In this document: positions 8,901 through 18,535 of the stretch, one piece after another
Layout of the letters: each line of letters opens with the position of its first letter
Position numbering within the stretch: the stretch's first letter is position 1
IMG/VR virus record: IMGVR_UViG_3300042991_000131
Location: 1 to 64,000 of that record
Origin: a virus
DNA length: 64,000 nt
Direction: 5' to 3' (one strand)
Position numbers and translations under genes: made by a program
The notes under the pieces: generated by a model
Told to the model about the DNA's origin: nothing
What the model saw: only the letters and a program-made list of their open reading frames with translations
Database searches by the model: none

Positions 8901-11900
8901 ATGGCCACCATCACAGTCGATACATTCCTTGATGGTGGCGTGGCCCGTACGGCTGGTGAGGCCATGGCTATTGGTGCAGGTGCGAAGTTCACAATCAGAA
9001 CAGACACACGTGTGCATGCGAACGCGCCTGCGAGCTTCCTCGGTTCATTAGGCAGCCCAACCTTCACTGACATTGGTGGAGAGTTACTAATCGACGCAAC
9101 GGCTGTCCGCTGGCTAGCCTACGACACTGGATCTGGTAACGTTCCTGCTATAGGCACGACGATTACTCAGGGCGGTGTGACCGGCTACCTGCTTGGCGTC
9201 TGGTCTGCACTTAACGCTGCTCCGACTGCTGTTGGTGCAGCTATGCCAGCCAGTGGCTTTCTTAAGTTCCGTGAAGTAAGCGGCACCTATACTGCTGGAG
9301 CATTGATAGGCATAGGTGCCTCTGCTCTTGGTGCAGATGTGACCGGCTGGATTGAGTGTGCCTGGGACGCAGGCGCCAACTTTGTCGTTGGTCGTGTCGG
9401 TAAATTCACTTCCCGTGGTGGCTGGTTCTATCTAGCTGATACAAACGGCTCTATAGGTCAACAGATTCAGGTACCTAGCACAAGTGTGGCAACTAACAAC
9501 AATTGCCCTGGTGCATGGGTTGAGATATCGCCCGGATCATCCGAGTATGAGTTCTGGCCCGGATTAAAGAATGCTGCTAACGGCTGGACACGTACTGCTC
9601 TTGGCTTCGCCGAGGGCTTTACTGATCGCCGTGGTCGCTTCGTTTGGTCTGCTGCCAATGGACTCTTCCAATTCGGTGAGACAGCAACTCTAGCCGCGAC
9701 ATATGCTAGCGTGGCTGCACAAGCCAGCACATATGCTGGTATCGCCATCATAGGCACTTACACTTGGGATGCCGATGTAGTCACAGTGAATACAGCGGCC
9801 ACGGCACATCTTCTGGAAGATGGCCAGGTAATCGGCCTTGACTTCACATCAGGTTCTGGTGTGGATGCAGCTACATTCGTCGTTACAGTCATTGATGCTT
9901 ATAACTTCAGCTGCGCATATGCCGGCTCTGGCACTGGCGGCAACGTTACTGTACGCCCTGGTGTGACAGTAACGTTCACTAGTCACGGTCTTAATCAGGG
10001 TGAGTCAACCTATTGTGACTTCACTACTGGTACTGGTGTCGACGGCACTTACGAGGTCTATGCTATAACAGGTGCCAATACATATTTGATTAGTATGCCG
10101 CATACTGCGCCCATTACTTCCGGCGCTGTTTCTTGCTTGCATACATTGCAGATTACCTATACAGCACATGGCCACGCAATCGGCAATGAAGTCTACTGTG
10201 ACTTCACAACTGGTGGTGCGACTAATGGCCGGTATGTGATGAAGGCTGTTGCTGCCAATACGATTAACATCAACTATGCTCATAGCGTGGCTATTGGCGT
10301 TAGTAACGTTACGCTGCGTTGGACTATTGGACACGTGCCGCCCAGCGGCTGCAAGGTGCGCATACCGAACGTAATGTTCGCTGAGTGTGCAACTGGTGCT
10401 CGCGCATTGAATACTGTTCCAAATAGCACAACGACATCACGGCCTGAGTTCACGACCACAACTGCTGGCGCTATTGACCTGGAATATCTATACTGTTGGT
10501 CAGTGCGCGCTGCATTTGATCAGGCTTACTCAGTTCGTCTAATAAATTGTGCATTCGTTGATATCTTGCAAGTAACAGAATGTGCTACTGCACTTGACAT
10601 AGATGGTATTGGTGTAAGCCAATATAGTAACCAGGATGCACGTGCAGTCCAGTTGACAAGCTGTTTCGCTGGCGGTACTGTACGTAATGTAGTGTCGCAG
10701 CGTGCTACACTTGGCACGACAGACCATGCAATGGAGATTGCCAATTGTGCCGGACAAACGTTTGAAGATATTGATGCCGGTATAATCCTGTATGCACGTA
10801 GCTCTGGTATACCGCTAAATATTGTTACATGCCAGAACCTAGTCATTAGACGTCCGCGCGTATTCAATGGTAACGTACCAATACAGTCCAGTGTGAATAT
10901 TGTAATTGAAGACTTGGATTACAATGATCGTTTCATCGGACATACAACTGCTTCGACACCTTATACGGCATTCACTATTGGTGCTGGATGCGATAAGATA
11001 ACGCTCGATGGCCTGACGCTGGGTATGGGTGGCACAATTGATGACTGCCATCCATATAATGGATTAGTCTACACACTTGGTGCAACGAATATCAAGTTCC
11101 GTAATCTGGGTACGGCTGCTGCATACCTAAAGACTGGAGTGTGGGCTCCTAATTATGCTGCATGTGCCCGGGCCTTCTCAACTGGTGGCAACAATAATAC
11201 AATTAAGGTACAGCGCGTATTCTGTGGAAAGATGCGCTCTGGCTTAATAAGCACGATTAACAGCGATAAGAACATAACTTTCGAGCAGATTCTTGCTAAC
11301 AGTCCGTGGCTGCATTCTGCTAAGGCTGGCTTCGGATCAACATTAGCCAGCTTGAATACGCAACAACGTGGATGCTATGCTGGCGTTTGGTCTGCTACAG
11401 GTCAGACATCAGTCTATGGCACGCATTGGCATGATTTGTTCCTTGGTAAAGCATATGGTGGTCTATTGCTGACTATGAATGAGCCAACTGCTGAAACAGT
11501 CAGCTTATTCACCGTTAATGCGGGTATCTGTAAGTTCAACTCGGCCGGCGGCATCGAAATGCGTGCCATCGGTGCAAAAGCCACTTGGGAAATGCCGTAT
11601 TTCTCGAAGGGTCACACTGGTTTCGCCAATATCACACCTGTGATGATAGGTGGCGGTGCGATCGGTAACTTCCGCTTTAAGTATCAGATTAACACAGGTT
11701 CTGGTTGGTCAGCACTTAGTGGACAGTTAACTGCTGCACAGCTGCAAACTGCACTAGTGTCTGAGACAATCAGTCCTTCTGTTGGCTTCAAATTGCGTAT
11801 TGAAATAGAAACAGTAACTACTAATACTGCTGCCATAACTTTCTTGCGCATTCACACGACTACAACTATCGCTGCACAAAATGCCATTGATTATGTTCTG

Positions 11901-12161
11901 GATACGAATACGCTAGCCATCACTGGCCTGCAAGTCGGTTCAGATGTTGTAATCTATGAAGCTGGCACGACAACTATACTTGATAATGTTGATTCCAATG
12001 GTAGTTCCTCCTGGAATTATATCTTCAGTGGCGCTGATACAATTGATATCGGTATTTTCAAAGCCGGTTATATACCAGCATATATTCGTAATTATGCTTT
12101 GAGTGTGGCTGATGCTTCTGTCCCTGTGAGTCAAGTCCTAGATAGAAACTATCAGCCCTAA
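8901..12161 (+). CDS. large virion protein with three beta repeats and a probable beta-helix region
   Basis: 1086 aa, G/T/A-rich; three T.HG...G..V..DFT.G repeats; SD TAAGGA. Confidence 0.6.
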   Translation: MATITVDTFLDGGVARTAGEAMAIGAGAKFTIRTDTRVHANAPASFLGSLGSPTFTDIGGELLIDATAVRWLAYDTGSGNVPAIGTTITQGGVTGYLLGVWSALNAAPTAVGAAMPASGFLKFREVSGTYTAGALIGIGASALGADVTGWIECAWDAGANFVVGRVGKFTSRGGWFYLADTNGSIGQQIQVPSTSVATNNNCPGAWVEISPGSSEYEFWPGLKNAANGWTRTALGFAEGFTDRRGRFVWSAANGLFQFGETATLAATYASVAAQASTYAGIAIIGTYTWDADVVTVNTAATAHLLEDGQVIGLDFTSGSGVDAATFVVTVIDAYNFSCAYAGSGTGGNVTVRPGVTVTFTSHGLNQGESTYCDFTTGTGVDGTYEVYAITGANTYLISMPHTAPITSGAVSCLHTLQITYTAHGHAIGNEVYCDFTTGGATNGRYVMKAVAANTININYAHSVAIGVSNVTLRWTIGHVPPSGCKVRIPNVMFAECATGARALNTVPNSTTTSRPEFTTTTAGAIDLEYLYCWSVRAAFDQAYSVRLINCAFVDILQVTECATALDIDGIGVSQYSNQDARAVQLTSCFAGGTVRNVVSQRATLGTTDHAMEIANCAGQTFEDIDAGIILYARSSGIPLNIVTCQNLVIRRPRVFNGNVPIQSSVNIVIEDLDYNDRFIGHTTASTPYTAFTIGAGCDKITLDGLTLGMGGTIDDCHPYNGLVYTLGATNIKFRNLGTAAAYLKTGVWAPNYAACARAFSTGGNNNTIKVQRVFCGKMRSGLISTINSDKNITFEQILANSPWLHSAKAGFGSTLASLNTQQRGCYAGVWSATGQTSVYGTHWHDLFLGKAYGGLLLTMNEPTAETVSLFTVNAGICKFNSAGGIEMRAIGAKATWEMPYFSKGHTGFANITPVMIGGGAIGNFRFKYQINTGSGWSALSGQLTAAQLQTALVSETISPSVGFKLRIEIETVTTNTAAITFLRIHTTTTIAAQNAIDYVLDTNTLAITGLQVGSDVVIYEAGTTTILDNVDSNGSSSWNYIFSGADTIDIGIFKAGYIPAYIRNYALSVADASVPVSQVLDRNYQP

Positions 12162-12169
12162 GGAATGCA

Positions 12170-13519
12170 ATGGCCAAAATAACCAATAAAAGCCAACTCA
12201 ACGTCGGTACAGAACTGACGATTGACGAAGTGGCTCGCACATTCACACTAAATGTGGCCGGTAATCTAGTCGCCAAAGATGGCGTCAGTATACAGGCACT
12301 ATATTCCAAGTTTGTCGATCTCTGGACTAACATGAGTTATCAAGACAGCCCGTTCCCGATGTATGCCATCGACGTGCTGTCTGGCCAGTTCCAATTCGGT
12401 ACAGACGGAAGCACATTCAGCGGCTGGAAACCAGCTAATGACACTGTTCGCAATATGCTTCGTGATGGTGGCTGGTCAGAATATTCAGCTGCTGGTGTGC
12501 TTAATCGACAATATGCTGGTTTTAATGGTCTAGGCGGCATCAACACTGGTGCGCAGCCTTATTATCATCTTGATGCAGCTGATGCTCCTACGAATTTTCC
12601 ATTTGATGACCAGTTCAATGTCGGTGTGCAAGTCTTTGGTGATGCTGCCAATGGTAACTTCGACAAGCGCACCTTTGCCAAAACATTCGTGCGTGAGTAT
12701 GGCAAGAAGTATAAGGACTCGGTCCTAGCCGATACTGGTAAGACTGCTACTGGTGCCTTCAAGGTCGATTTCTTGATTAGTAATGAAGATGACCTTAAGA
12801 TCCAGGCTAATGACGCTGCCATGACTGGCGCGCCCTATAGCGGGATTACTGTTGAGTTCTTCGCTGTTGACCAGATGAAGACAATTGGTGGCGGTAGCTA
12901 CCCTTTCCGGATTATCATCGAGGGTAACAACGCTACACTTGAGCAGATTTACACAAAGGTCCAGTACCTGCTTCGTCAGGCCACTGATATTGACGCTGGC
13001 GCTGGTACAGTCACTGGTAAGACTGCTGCCGCTATGTTGGAGTTCGTTGGCGATACGCTTAACACTAAGACTGGCGTCTTCATCAACAATATTCAAGCAA
13101 ACGACATTAATCGCATAGTTCTGAAAGATCAGAACGGTGTCGATCGCACATATCCGTATGTGGCTGCTGGTACTCTGAGCTTTAATGCTTCGCTAATCGG
13201 TGCAGGTTCTAGCTATCGCCTGATGTTCACAGCGCCTCCTGGTGCTGGCAATGATTACGGCGAAGCTGGTGCTATCACTGTGAATGATGGTAGCGGTACG
13301 CCGATCACTGGTACGATTAGTGCAGCCTCGATAGGCTTCACCTTCGACTACGACGGTAACGTTCAAGGTGGCTTCACTGCTGGCACTGATCGTCCTGTCA
13401 CCTTGATCGGTATCCGCCCCGGTTACGGTAAGTTCGCTGTCGCAACCGGCACACTGTCCCGCTCAAAGGGCATAAGCCTCTCGCTTGTTGCTGAGCAGGA
13501 CCGCGCGTATGCGGCCTAA
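12170..13519 (+). CDS. putative virion structural protein
   Basis: In the structural operon, SD TAAGGA, beta-rich, biased codon usage. Confidence 0.55.
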   Translation: MAKITNKSQLNVGTELTIDEVARTFTLNVAGNLVAKDGVSIQALYSKFVDLWTNMSYQDSPFPMYAIDVLSGQFQFGTDGSTFSGWKPANDTVRNMLRDGGWSEYSAAGVLNRQYAGFNGLGGINTGAQPYYHLDAADAPTNFPFDDQFNVGVQVFGDAANGNFDKRTFAKTFVREYGKKYKDSVLADTGKTATGAFKVDFLISNEDDLKIQANDAAMTGAPYSGITVEFFAVDQMKTIGGGSYPFRIIIEGNNATLEQIYTKVQYLLRQATDIDAGAGTVTGKTAAAMLEFVGDTLNTKTGVFINNIQANDINRIVLKDQNGVDRTYPYVAAGTLSFNASLIGAGSSYRLMFTAPPGAGNDYGEAGAITVNDGSGTPITGTISAASIGFTFDYDGNVQGGFTAGTDRPVTLIGIRPGYGKFAVATGTLSRSKGISLSLVAEQDRAYAA

Positions 13520-13521
13520 TC

Positions 13522-14145
13522 ATGATAACATTCGACGGGCCGAACAAGATCATCGAGCTTGACGGTACGTTGCGAGTGTCAATTAGAGGCATCTACAGCC
13601 GCTGGGTTGATTGGATGGCTCAAAGTGACAATCTCAAATACCTTCCAGCTTTCTCAGTAATCGCTGACCCGCCTAAGATCCCCGTATATGCCACGCTAGA
13701 AAATGGCTGGCGTATACGTCCCTTAGGCCAAGCAACACCATACGTCTTAACACTGTTTGATGGCTTCTTAGCCACAGCAGAAGAGACGGATCCGCTACTT
13801 TTCGTGTCTAGTGGAGCTAATCCGCGTGTGGTACTTGAGTCACCAGTCATAGCCGTTGGCTTTGAAATGGGCGGCACATCACTAACGCCAGAAGATATCT
13901 GGACGCATGAACCCAGGACGCTGACTGGTGGAGGCGGCGCTGGACCTAGCGGTGTGATCCACGTAATTGGAGACACTATTATCGTCAGCGACGAAACTGC
14001 TGCAACGATTAGTGAACTCAGTGATAGCGAAATGACAGTACAGAGTCCTGATTACAGTGTTGCCTCTGATCCAGATGCTAACATTCAGTTACCTGATGAT
14101 TCCTCAACTGCCACAGTGGAGCCGGACTCCACGATAGGAACGTAA
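13522..14145 (+). CDS. putative virion protein with acidic C-terminal tail
   Basis: Operon context; IYSRWVDW echoes LYSKFVDLW of the upstream gene. Confidence 0.5.
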   Translation: MITFDGPNKIIELDGTLRVSIRGIYSRWVDWMAQSDNLKYLPAFSVIADPPKIPVYATLENGWRIRPLGQATPYVLTLFDGFLATAEETDPLLFVSSGANPRVVLESPVIAVGFEMGGTSLTPEDIWTHEPRTLTGGGGAGPSGVIHVIGDTIIVSDETAATISELSDSEMTVQSPDYSVASDPDANIQLPDDSSTATVEPDSTIGT

Positions 14146-14498
14146 TGCCTACCATCTACTCCGGTGACACTTGGCCGTTCACCGCAACACTCAAAGTTGG
14201 CGTCGTAATCTTTCCTGTAGCCGGTGCCACACCTGGCCCGGCAGATACAGTTACTGCTAAGTTCATTGATAGCAAGACGTCTGTGCCGATTACGAATGAT
14301 ATCACATGCTTGGAAGCCACTCCTGGCGCAGATTGGCTCAACGGCAAGGTTGCTATCGCGCCTTCTGACGTCGAAAGCATTAAGCTAGAGCCTTTCGTCG
14401 GTAAGCCTGTTCTGCTAGTTATCCAAGTGCAGCGTACTGGTTATGGCAAGAAAGAGTGGCAGACTTCCTACACAATTAAGAAGGGCTGGATAGCCTAA
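14145..14498 (+). CDS. small beta-sandwich virion protein (BppU N-terminal-like)
   Basis: IYSGDT start; TAATG coupling. Confidence 0.4.
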   Translation: MPTIYSGDTWPFTATLKVGVVIFPVAGATPGPADTVTAKFIDSKTSVPITNDITCLEATPGADWLNGKVAIAPSDVESIKLEPFVGKPVLLVIQVQRTGYGKKEWQTSYTIKKGWIA

Positions 14499-14941
14499 TG
14501 GCATATATCGACGCGTCAGGTGGCGATGCCTATATGGCTACACGCGTCGGTAGCGATGCGTGGGATGAGGCCGAGACAGCCGACAAGGATAAGGCACTTG
14601 GCCATGCTACTCGGATTATTGATAACCTGAACTATCTTGGTATGAAGGCTGTGGCCGATCAGGAGAATGCTTTCCCTCGCCATGGTCAGACTGATGTGCC
14701 TAGCGATGTGTTAAATGCTTGCTGTGAGATTGCTCTAGCGTTACTTGATGGTGTTAATCCGGAACTAGAACTTGAAAACCTGAGTCAAGTTGCCTCAGGG
14801 TATGCCAACGTCAAAACTACCTTCAATCGTGACTCGCTACCGGAACACATCCTGGCAGGTGTTCCATCTTCGACAGCTTGGCGCTATCTTAAGCCCTGGT
14901 TGCAAGATAATCGTAGCGTGAACATGATAAGGGTGTCCTAA
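14498..14941 (+). CDS. head-tail connector (DnaT-like family)
   Basis: AY...ADAY-like start, ALGHATRIID, Q..AFPR, VP.DV.NACCEIAL. Confidence 0.7.
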   Translation: MAYIDASGGDAYMATRVGSDAWDEAETADKDKALGHATRIIDNLNYLGMKAVADQENAFPRHGQTDVPSDVLNACCEIALALLDGVNPELELENLSQVASGYANVKTTFNRDSLPEHILAGVPSSTAWRYLKPWLQDNRSVNMIRVS

Positions 14942-14951
14942 GGACAAACAG

Positions 14952-15743
14952 ATGCGTCTCAATATCATTTCTACTCTACTGCTACTCGCCTATGAAGGTG
15001 AGGAAACGCCCGAAGCGAAGGCTGCTGCCGAAGCTGCCCGAAAGGCCGCCGAAGATGAAAAGAATGGTAAGAAGTTCTCTCAGGAAGATGTGAACAAGAT
15101 CGTTGCTGAAGAGAAGCGCAAGACACAGGCTGCACAGGCCAAGCTCGTCACTGAGCTTGAAGCCATGCGGAATAAGGCTAATCTCACCGCCAGCGAGCGC
15201 GAAGAGATTGAGCAGCGTCTTGAGAGCGTCAAGTCTGAGTTCATGACGAAGGAGGAACTTCTCAAGCAAGAGAAGGCCAAGAGCGAGAAGAAGCTCAAGG
15301 AAGAACTGGATACTAAGTCGAAGGAAGCCGAGAACTGGCGCGGCCGGTTCACTCAGTCCACTATCACGCGTTCGATTACTGATGCGGCCGTCGCTTCGGA
15401 TGCTTTCAGCCCGAAGCAGATTGTTGCTCAGTTAGCACCAAATACTCGCCTTGTCGATGTGCTTGGCGAGGACAACAAACCTACTGGTGAGTTCGTGGCA
15501 AAGGTGAAAATCACCGTGAAGGACAAGGACAGTAAAGACGTTACTCTCGACCTTCCGGTCGACGAGGCAGTGAAGAAGATGAGTGAGCAGGACGAGTTCG
15601 CTAATCTGTTCAAGGGTAAGGGCACCGGCGGTACTGGCGGTCAGAACCGTGGCGGTGGCAAGACCCCTGATTTAGTTACAGCGGCTCAGGGCGACCCTGC
15701 AACATATCGTCGTCTTCGCAAAGAAGGTAAGATCAGTCTCTAA
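14952..15743 (+). CDS. capsid scaffolding protein
   Basis: K/E-rich coiled coil, FSQEDVNKIV, LFK-G-rich C-terminus; immediately upstream of the capsid gene. Confidence 0.8.
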   Translation: MRLNIISTLLLLAYEGEETPEAKAAAEAARKAAEDEKNGKKFSQEDVNKIVAEEKRKTQAAQAKLVTELEAMRNKANLTASEREEIEQRLESVKSEFMTKEELLKQEKAKSEKKLKEELDTKSKEAENWRGRFTQSTITRSITDAAVASDAFSPKQIVAQLAPNTRLVDVLGEDNKPTGEFVAKVKITVKDKDSKDVTLDLPVDEAVKKMSEQDEFANLFKGKGTGGTGGQNRGGGKTPDLVTAAQGDPATYRRLRKEGKISL

Positions 15744-15795
15744 TCACCTGTGCCACGAAGCATAGCTTCTGTCACACTCCCAAGGAAATCTACAA

Positions 15796-17151
15796 GTGCG
15801 TACTCTCAATCTGATCCCCACAATCATCCTGCTGGCCTACGCGAACGACAATGATGCGTTCGTTCCCGAGGTCTGGGCGCAGGAATCCCTGATGATCCTA
15901 GAGAATAACATGGTTGCGACCAATCTGGTCCACCGTGACTTCTCGAATCAGATCGCTTCGTTTGGTGATGTGGTCAACACCCGCAAGCCCGGCACCTTCA
16001 CTGCTACACGCAAGGGTAACAATGATGATGTGACCGATCAGGATGCAAGCGCGACCAACGTGCCGGTGCCTCTCGATCAGCACCTGCACACCAGTTTCGT
16101 CATCAAGGATGGCGAGGAATCGAAGAGCATGAAGTCGCTGGTTGAGGAGTACCTCAAGCCGGCTGCTATCTCGCTCGCCGAGGCTGCCGACCAGATCGTT
16201 CTCGGTCAGGTCTACAAGTTCCTGGGCAACGCGGTCGGTAAGCTCGGCACAACGATCACCAAGGATGTGGTCATCGCTGCGCGTGAGAAGATGAACGCGA
16301 ACAAGGTTCCGCTCCAGGGCCGCAACTTCCTGATCAGCCCGAACATGGAAGGTGCCCTGCTTGGCATCGCTGATTTCGTCAACGCTGAGAAGGTTGGCGA
16401 TGATGGCACTGCTCTCCGCGAAGGTTCGGTCGGCCGCAAGTTCGGCTTCGATACCTACATGGCTCAGCAGGTTCCGTCGATCGTTGGTGCTGCTCAGTCT
16501 GCTAGCGTCACTACGACCTCGGGCTACGCCGCCGGTGTTAGCACTGTTGCTTGCACCACGACCACAACTGCTCTGACAGTTGGTACGTGGGTCACAATCG
16601 ACGGTCAGCCGTACCAGATCGCTGCCGGCACAACCGCGACCTCGTTGGTCCTGGCTAGCCCGCTGCGTCAGGCTATCCTGACTGCCTCTGTGGTTGTTCC
16701 GTACGCTGCCTCCCTGATCAATCAGGTCGGTGGCTACGTTGCTGGTTGGTACAAGGCGATGAACTACGACACAGTGACACCGATCAAGGTCGGTCAGCTG
16801 ATTTCGTCCGGTGCCGGTATCTACTCGGCCATCGGCGGCACGGATGCGACCAAGCTCGTGCTTGATCGCCCCCTGGCTGCGACTGCCGCCGATGATGCCG
16901 TCCTGGGTCGCGGCCCGAACGGTGAGTATGGCTTCGCGTTCCACCGGAATGCGCTGGCCTTCGTCACCCGCCCGCTTGCCCAGCCCCGCGCTGGCATGGG
17001 CGCTCTGTCGTCCGTCGCGTCGTACAATGGTCTCGGCCTGCGCGTGACCATGACCTACGACGGCAAGGCTCAGGGCACACGTGTGACCCTCGACATGCTG
17101 GCTGGTGTCAAGGAACTGGATCTGGCTCTCGGCTGCCCGGTCCTTGGCTAA
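15796..17151 (+). CDS. major capsid protein, P22 coat-like, with inserted domains
   Basis: PEVWAQESL, VHRDF, GDVVN, FHRNALAFVTRPL, GLGLRV, LDMLAGVK; strong codon bias; GTG after AAGGA. Confidence 0.88.
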   Translation: MRTLNLIPTIILLAYANDNDAFVPEVWAQESLMILENNMVATNLVHRDFSNQIASFGDVVNTRKPGTFTATRKGNNDDVTDQDASATNVPVPLDQHLHTSFVIKDGEESKSMKSLVEEYLKPAAISLAEAADQIVLGQVYKFLGNAVGKLGTTITKDVVIAAREKMNANKVPLQGRNFLISPNMEGALLGIADFVNAEKVGDDGTALREGSVGRKFGFDTYMAQQVPSIVGAAQSASVTTTSGYAAGVSTVACTTTTTALTVGTWVTIDGQPYQIAAGTTATSLVLASPLRQAILTASVVVPYAASLINQVGGYVAGWYKAMNYDTVTPIKVGQLISSGAGIYSAIGGTDATKLVLDRPLAATAADDAVLGRGPNGEYGFAFHRNALAFVTRPLAQPRAGMGALSSVASYNGLGLRVTMTYDGKAQGTRVTLDMLAGVKELDLALGCPVLG

Positions 17152-17160
17152 TTAGGTAAA

Positions 17161-17200
17161 ACTAGTGCCTGTGCAGGAGTAATCCTGCACAGGCATTGGT
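17161..17200 (+). terminator. hairpin after the capsid gene (weak terminator or stabiliser)
   Basis: TGCCTGTGCAGGA-GTAA-TCCTGCACAGGCA; no U-tract. Confidence 0.6.
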
Positions 17201-17208
17201 CCTAAGCC

Positions 17209-17601
17209 ATGAATATCATCACCGACATAACATCGGGATTAGTTGTTATAGCAGGTGCAGTAGTAGCAGAGGCCGCAACTGATCCAGTCACGCATTATGC
17301 CGGGCTGTTTGAGAAATTCGGCGTCATGGCCTGCTTACTGCTGTACTTTCTTGTTCGCGATTACTATCGTAACAAAGCTGATATGGCCGAGAAGATGGCC
17401 AACGCAGCCAAGCACGATGCCTTGGAAGATTTTATACGTATAGAGTTAATGAAGCAACTCACTGATAGCACTGGTGCTATACGCTCAAGTGAGAAAACTC
17501 ATAAGCGTCTCTTAGAAGCATTAGAACATAAGACGCCGTGTCTTGCTGATGCTGCTAAGAAAGCTTCTCAGGCTGCCAAGAAAGAGACTGATTCGCAATG
17601 A
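17209..17601 (+). CDS. membrane protein, possible BhlA-like holin
   Basis: Hydrophobic segments (FGVMACLLLYFLV) followed by a charged coiled tail. Confidence 0.45.
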   Translation: MNIITDITSGLVVIAGAVVAEAATDPVTHYAGLFEKFGVMACLLLYFLVRDYYRNKADMAEKMANAAKHDALEDFIRIELMKQLTDSTGAIRSSEKTHKRLLEALEHKTPCLADAAKKASQAAKKETDSQ

Positions 17602-18044
17602 AAAATAATCTTCGCCAGATTGAATTAATCCTGTACCGGCTCAAGCGTGAGTACGGCCTGCCAATCGTTGTACGTAAGCAAACGCAAAACGACAACGATA
17701 TTCAAACTGGCAAGATTACCTCTGCTTATGATGTGTACAAGATTAAGCGAGCGATCTGCTTACCTGCCGATTTAATGCGAACATTCATCTACGATTTAAC
17801 TTATGTTGCTGCTAATAAAAACTTCGCCTATGGTGGACATTTCGATAAATTAACTAAGGTATTTATTATTGATAAGAAAGATATTAAGGTCGATGGTGTC
17901 AAGGTAGTGATCGGGTTGGATTGTCACATCGTCTATAAGGAACGTCGGTACGATATAGTCGCCGCCGACGAGACTGAGGACGAGACAAGCTACTTGATTA
18001 AGGCCAAGAACGTCGATCAGACACCTATTATATTAGACCCGTGA
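17598..18044 (+). CDS. head closure/adaptor protein (putative)
   Basis: Size and position; HIVYKERRYDIV. Confidence 0.45.
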   Translation: MKNNLRQIELILYRLKREYGLPIVVRKQTQNDNDIQTGKITSAYDVYKIKRAICLPADLMRTFIYDLTYVAANKNFAYGGHFDKLTKVFIIDKKDIKVDGVKVVIGLDCHIVYKERRYDIVAADETEDETSYLIKAKNVDQTPIILDP

Positions 18045-18050
18045 GGACAA

Positions 18051-18527
18051 ATGCCAGCTAACCACAATTGGCCACGTTGGATATTTGCCTCAGTTAGCAA
18101 GCACTTCAGCGACCGCCGCGGAACGCTTGCTTTCTATATAGAGGGTCAAGAGCGTAATGTGCCTGCTCCTAAGGATCTTTTAGAGTTAAGGCTTGACGGC
18201 CCGTACTTGACGGAGGTCAATAAAGATTACTGGAGGCTTTACATCGAGGTTAGCGTTCTAGTACAGGCTATAAAAGACGACAGTGATTATCATAGGATAC
18301 ACAGTCACACAGGTCTTGTAGCCCAGGCATTTACGACGATACCAGTCTACAAGTTCGGCGATGGCGAGGATGATGACCAGACCCAACTTGGTTGCCTCGA
18401 ACTGGTGCAAAATCTTGGTAAGCGAGAACGCATCCAAATTAATAACTTTGGTCAAATTGAACAATCGACTCCGTTGCTCCAATCAAGCGTAGAGGGACAT
18501 TTTGAAATGTACCTCTCAACCCAATAA
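18051..18527 (+). CDS. tail terminator (putative)
   Basis: Size and position immediately before the tail tube gene. Confidence 0.45.
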   Translation: MPANHNWPRWIFASVSKHFSDRRGTLAFYIEGQERNVPAPKDLLELRLDGPYLTEVNKDYWRLYIEVSVLVQAIKDDSDYHRIHSHTGLVAQAFTTIPVYKFGDGEDDDQTQLGCLELVQNLGKRERIQINNFGQIEQSTPLLQSSVEGHFEMYLSTQ

Positions 18528-18535
18528 GGATAATC

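Noticed and set aside
15898-16944. 348-aa antisense ORF to the capsid gene (similarly 18728-19294, 44140-44754, 45515-46192)
   Set aside because: Expected from strong codon bias of the sense genes; no motifs.
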